From Macrostomum lignano (lineage: Eukaryota), in NCBI GenBank assembly GCA_002269645.1, contig NIVC01001482.1, forward strand, positions 186,001 to 250,000: a stretch of 64,000 bases of DNA. Reading direction: 5' to 3'. The notes beneath the pieces were generated by a model. That model ran no database searches, had not been told where the DNA came from, and saw only the letters and a program-made list of their open reading frames with translations. A program made the position numbers and the translations under genes. This document shows positions 62,509-64,000 of the stretch, one piece after another (positions within the stretch are counted from its first letter, which is position 1; every line of letters begins with the position of its first letter).

Positions 62509-64000
62509 ACTCTAAAAAGAATTATACAAGTTGGGTGTCGCCCTACCAGAATGCGCGCATTCCATCATCAGCCTGCATTGCGACCTCTCCCTACGATCGA
62601 TGTGAGATATGTATTACTTTTCAGTAGTACTAAACGTATTCTACACTAGACTTATCTATTGTAACTCAGTGTTTGTTGACAGAAGCTTGCCGAGGTATAA
62701 GGAATTAGGAAATTCGCACATTTGCCATCACCTGTTGCATGGCTCAGGTGAACTACACCGTGCTTGCTTACGTAACGAGGCGGCGTGATTAACAAAACCT
62801 ATTTACAAACTGATGGCTTGTTCGTCTAACCATTAGCGCGTATTGGTTGCATGACCTTTATAACATGCAAAATTGCAAGGCCAATACAACAATATTTAAT
62901 AGAATTGACAAGGTGTGAATAACAAACACACGGATTTTCGATTAATCAACACAGCTTCCATATCAGACTGAGTCCATTGTAGCCTTTAAAATTTCCCGAC
63001 TCAAGCTCGATCCGCGCAAATGTGCTAATTAGCATTGAAAGGTCAAGCTTTCGATTCACAATGGTATTTAGTAAGGATCTGAGATTATTGCCAAGCCAAA
63101 CCTGCAGGGGTTGCAATTTACTAAAACCTACAGCTCTATGTTATAGAAAAATTCTATATCAGCTGGTAGGTAAAAATAAAAACCTCAACAGACTGATAGT
63201 CATCTTTACTCAACCTGCATCAACAGACAATAAGTAAGGCAGTAGGCGAAGCAACAAAAGCTTTGTATAAAATGTATAGATGCACACAGGTGCTTCGCCT
63301 TGGGTGGGCCTGTGGCCTCTTCCAGCCTCTATATAAGTCCACAGACGGTCGTCTGTCTACCAAGTCTTCTAGCCTAAAGCTAGTAATAGGCTTCAATGAG
63401 GGCTGATACAGATCTAGCAGTGGCTTGCCTGCCTACTCTGGCTTCGTATTTGAGCAGAAGCATAGGGATTTGTTGCTACTTTGAGTAAAAGAAGCTCGCG
63501 CGGGGGGTTGTTGAGAATGTGCCCGTGTGACAAGCAGAGAGAATAGAGATCTTCGAAATTGTTAATGTCAAGAGTTGAGATTACGATCAAGTCTCGCATG
63601 CATATAGAAGTCTTAATGGGTCTTCTTGTGTGTATCGCTCCATTTTTCTATTCTTTATCTTTATTCATATTGACTGAAGCATTGCTATAAAATGAAGGCT
63701 TATAAGTCCCCTATAGACTTGAGTTGGTCAGACCGGTTTGTTCTGTGCCGTCATCTGTCTATGAATGCGCTCTGACTGCTATCGGATTGAAAATTAACTG
63801 CGGAATCGTCAGTATAATGTAGAGAATAGGAGAGATAGATTAGAGGAGAGTAGGCAGAAAAATGATGATGGATAGATGAGGAGGGGTGGATAGATAAAAA
63901 ATGAATCAATATGAGATAGATGGATAGATTTAAAACTGAATGGATGAAGAGGTAAATGGATCGATAAGGAAATGGACGGATAGATTTGGATCTGGATGGA

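Noticed and set aside
63329-63600. TATA-like motif with short ORFs on both strands
   Set aside because: No recognisable domain or consistent splice structure.

Overview
Eukaryotic (invertebrate animal) genomic DNA with GC-rich spliced exons, AT-rich spacers, and introns often filled by unrelated minisatellites. This style suggests a flatworm such as Macrostomum (inference only). Genes read from the sequence: (1) an exon of a SPICE1/CCDC52-like gene (minus strand, runs off the left edge); (2) three small intracellular Cys-Ala-Pro repeat genes, apparently nested in the 5'UTR intron of (3) casein kinase I alpha (6 coding exons, about 318 aa); (4) two tandem Ubl-RBR E3 ligase paralogs (about 338 and 339 aa) whose Ubl keeps a di-Gly motif and whose RING1 lacks one zinc site; (5) OGG1 (minus, 3 exons, about 379 aa); (6) Bicaudal-D (minus). 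Mobile DNA: two copies of a ~280-bp hAT-type MITE carrying a 28S rRNA-like fragment scrambled at the R2/I-PpoI site; satellite-carrying MITEs, one with a 169-bp higher-order repeat; a nested Mutator-like element with PHD and FLYWCH-like fingers; a full-length DD34D mariner with two nonsense codons; a ~1-kb miniature LTR element with a tRNA-Trp-like PBS; and several palindromic/foldback elements. Most long ORFs in the ORF track are artefacts of tandem repeats. All homology calls come from remembered motifs, not database searches.
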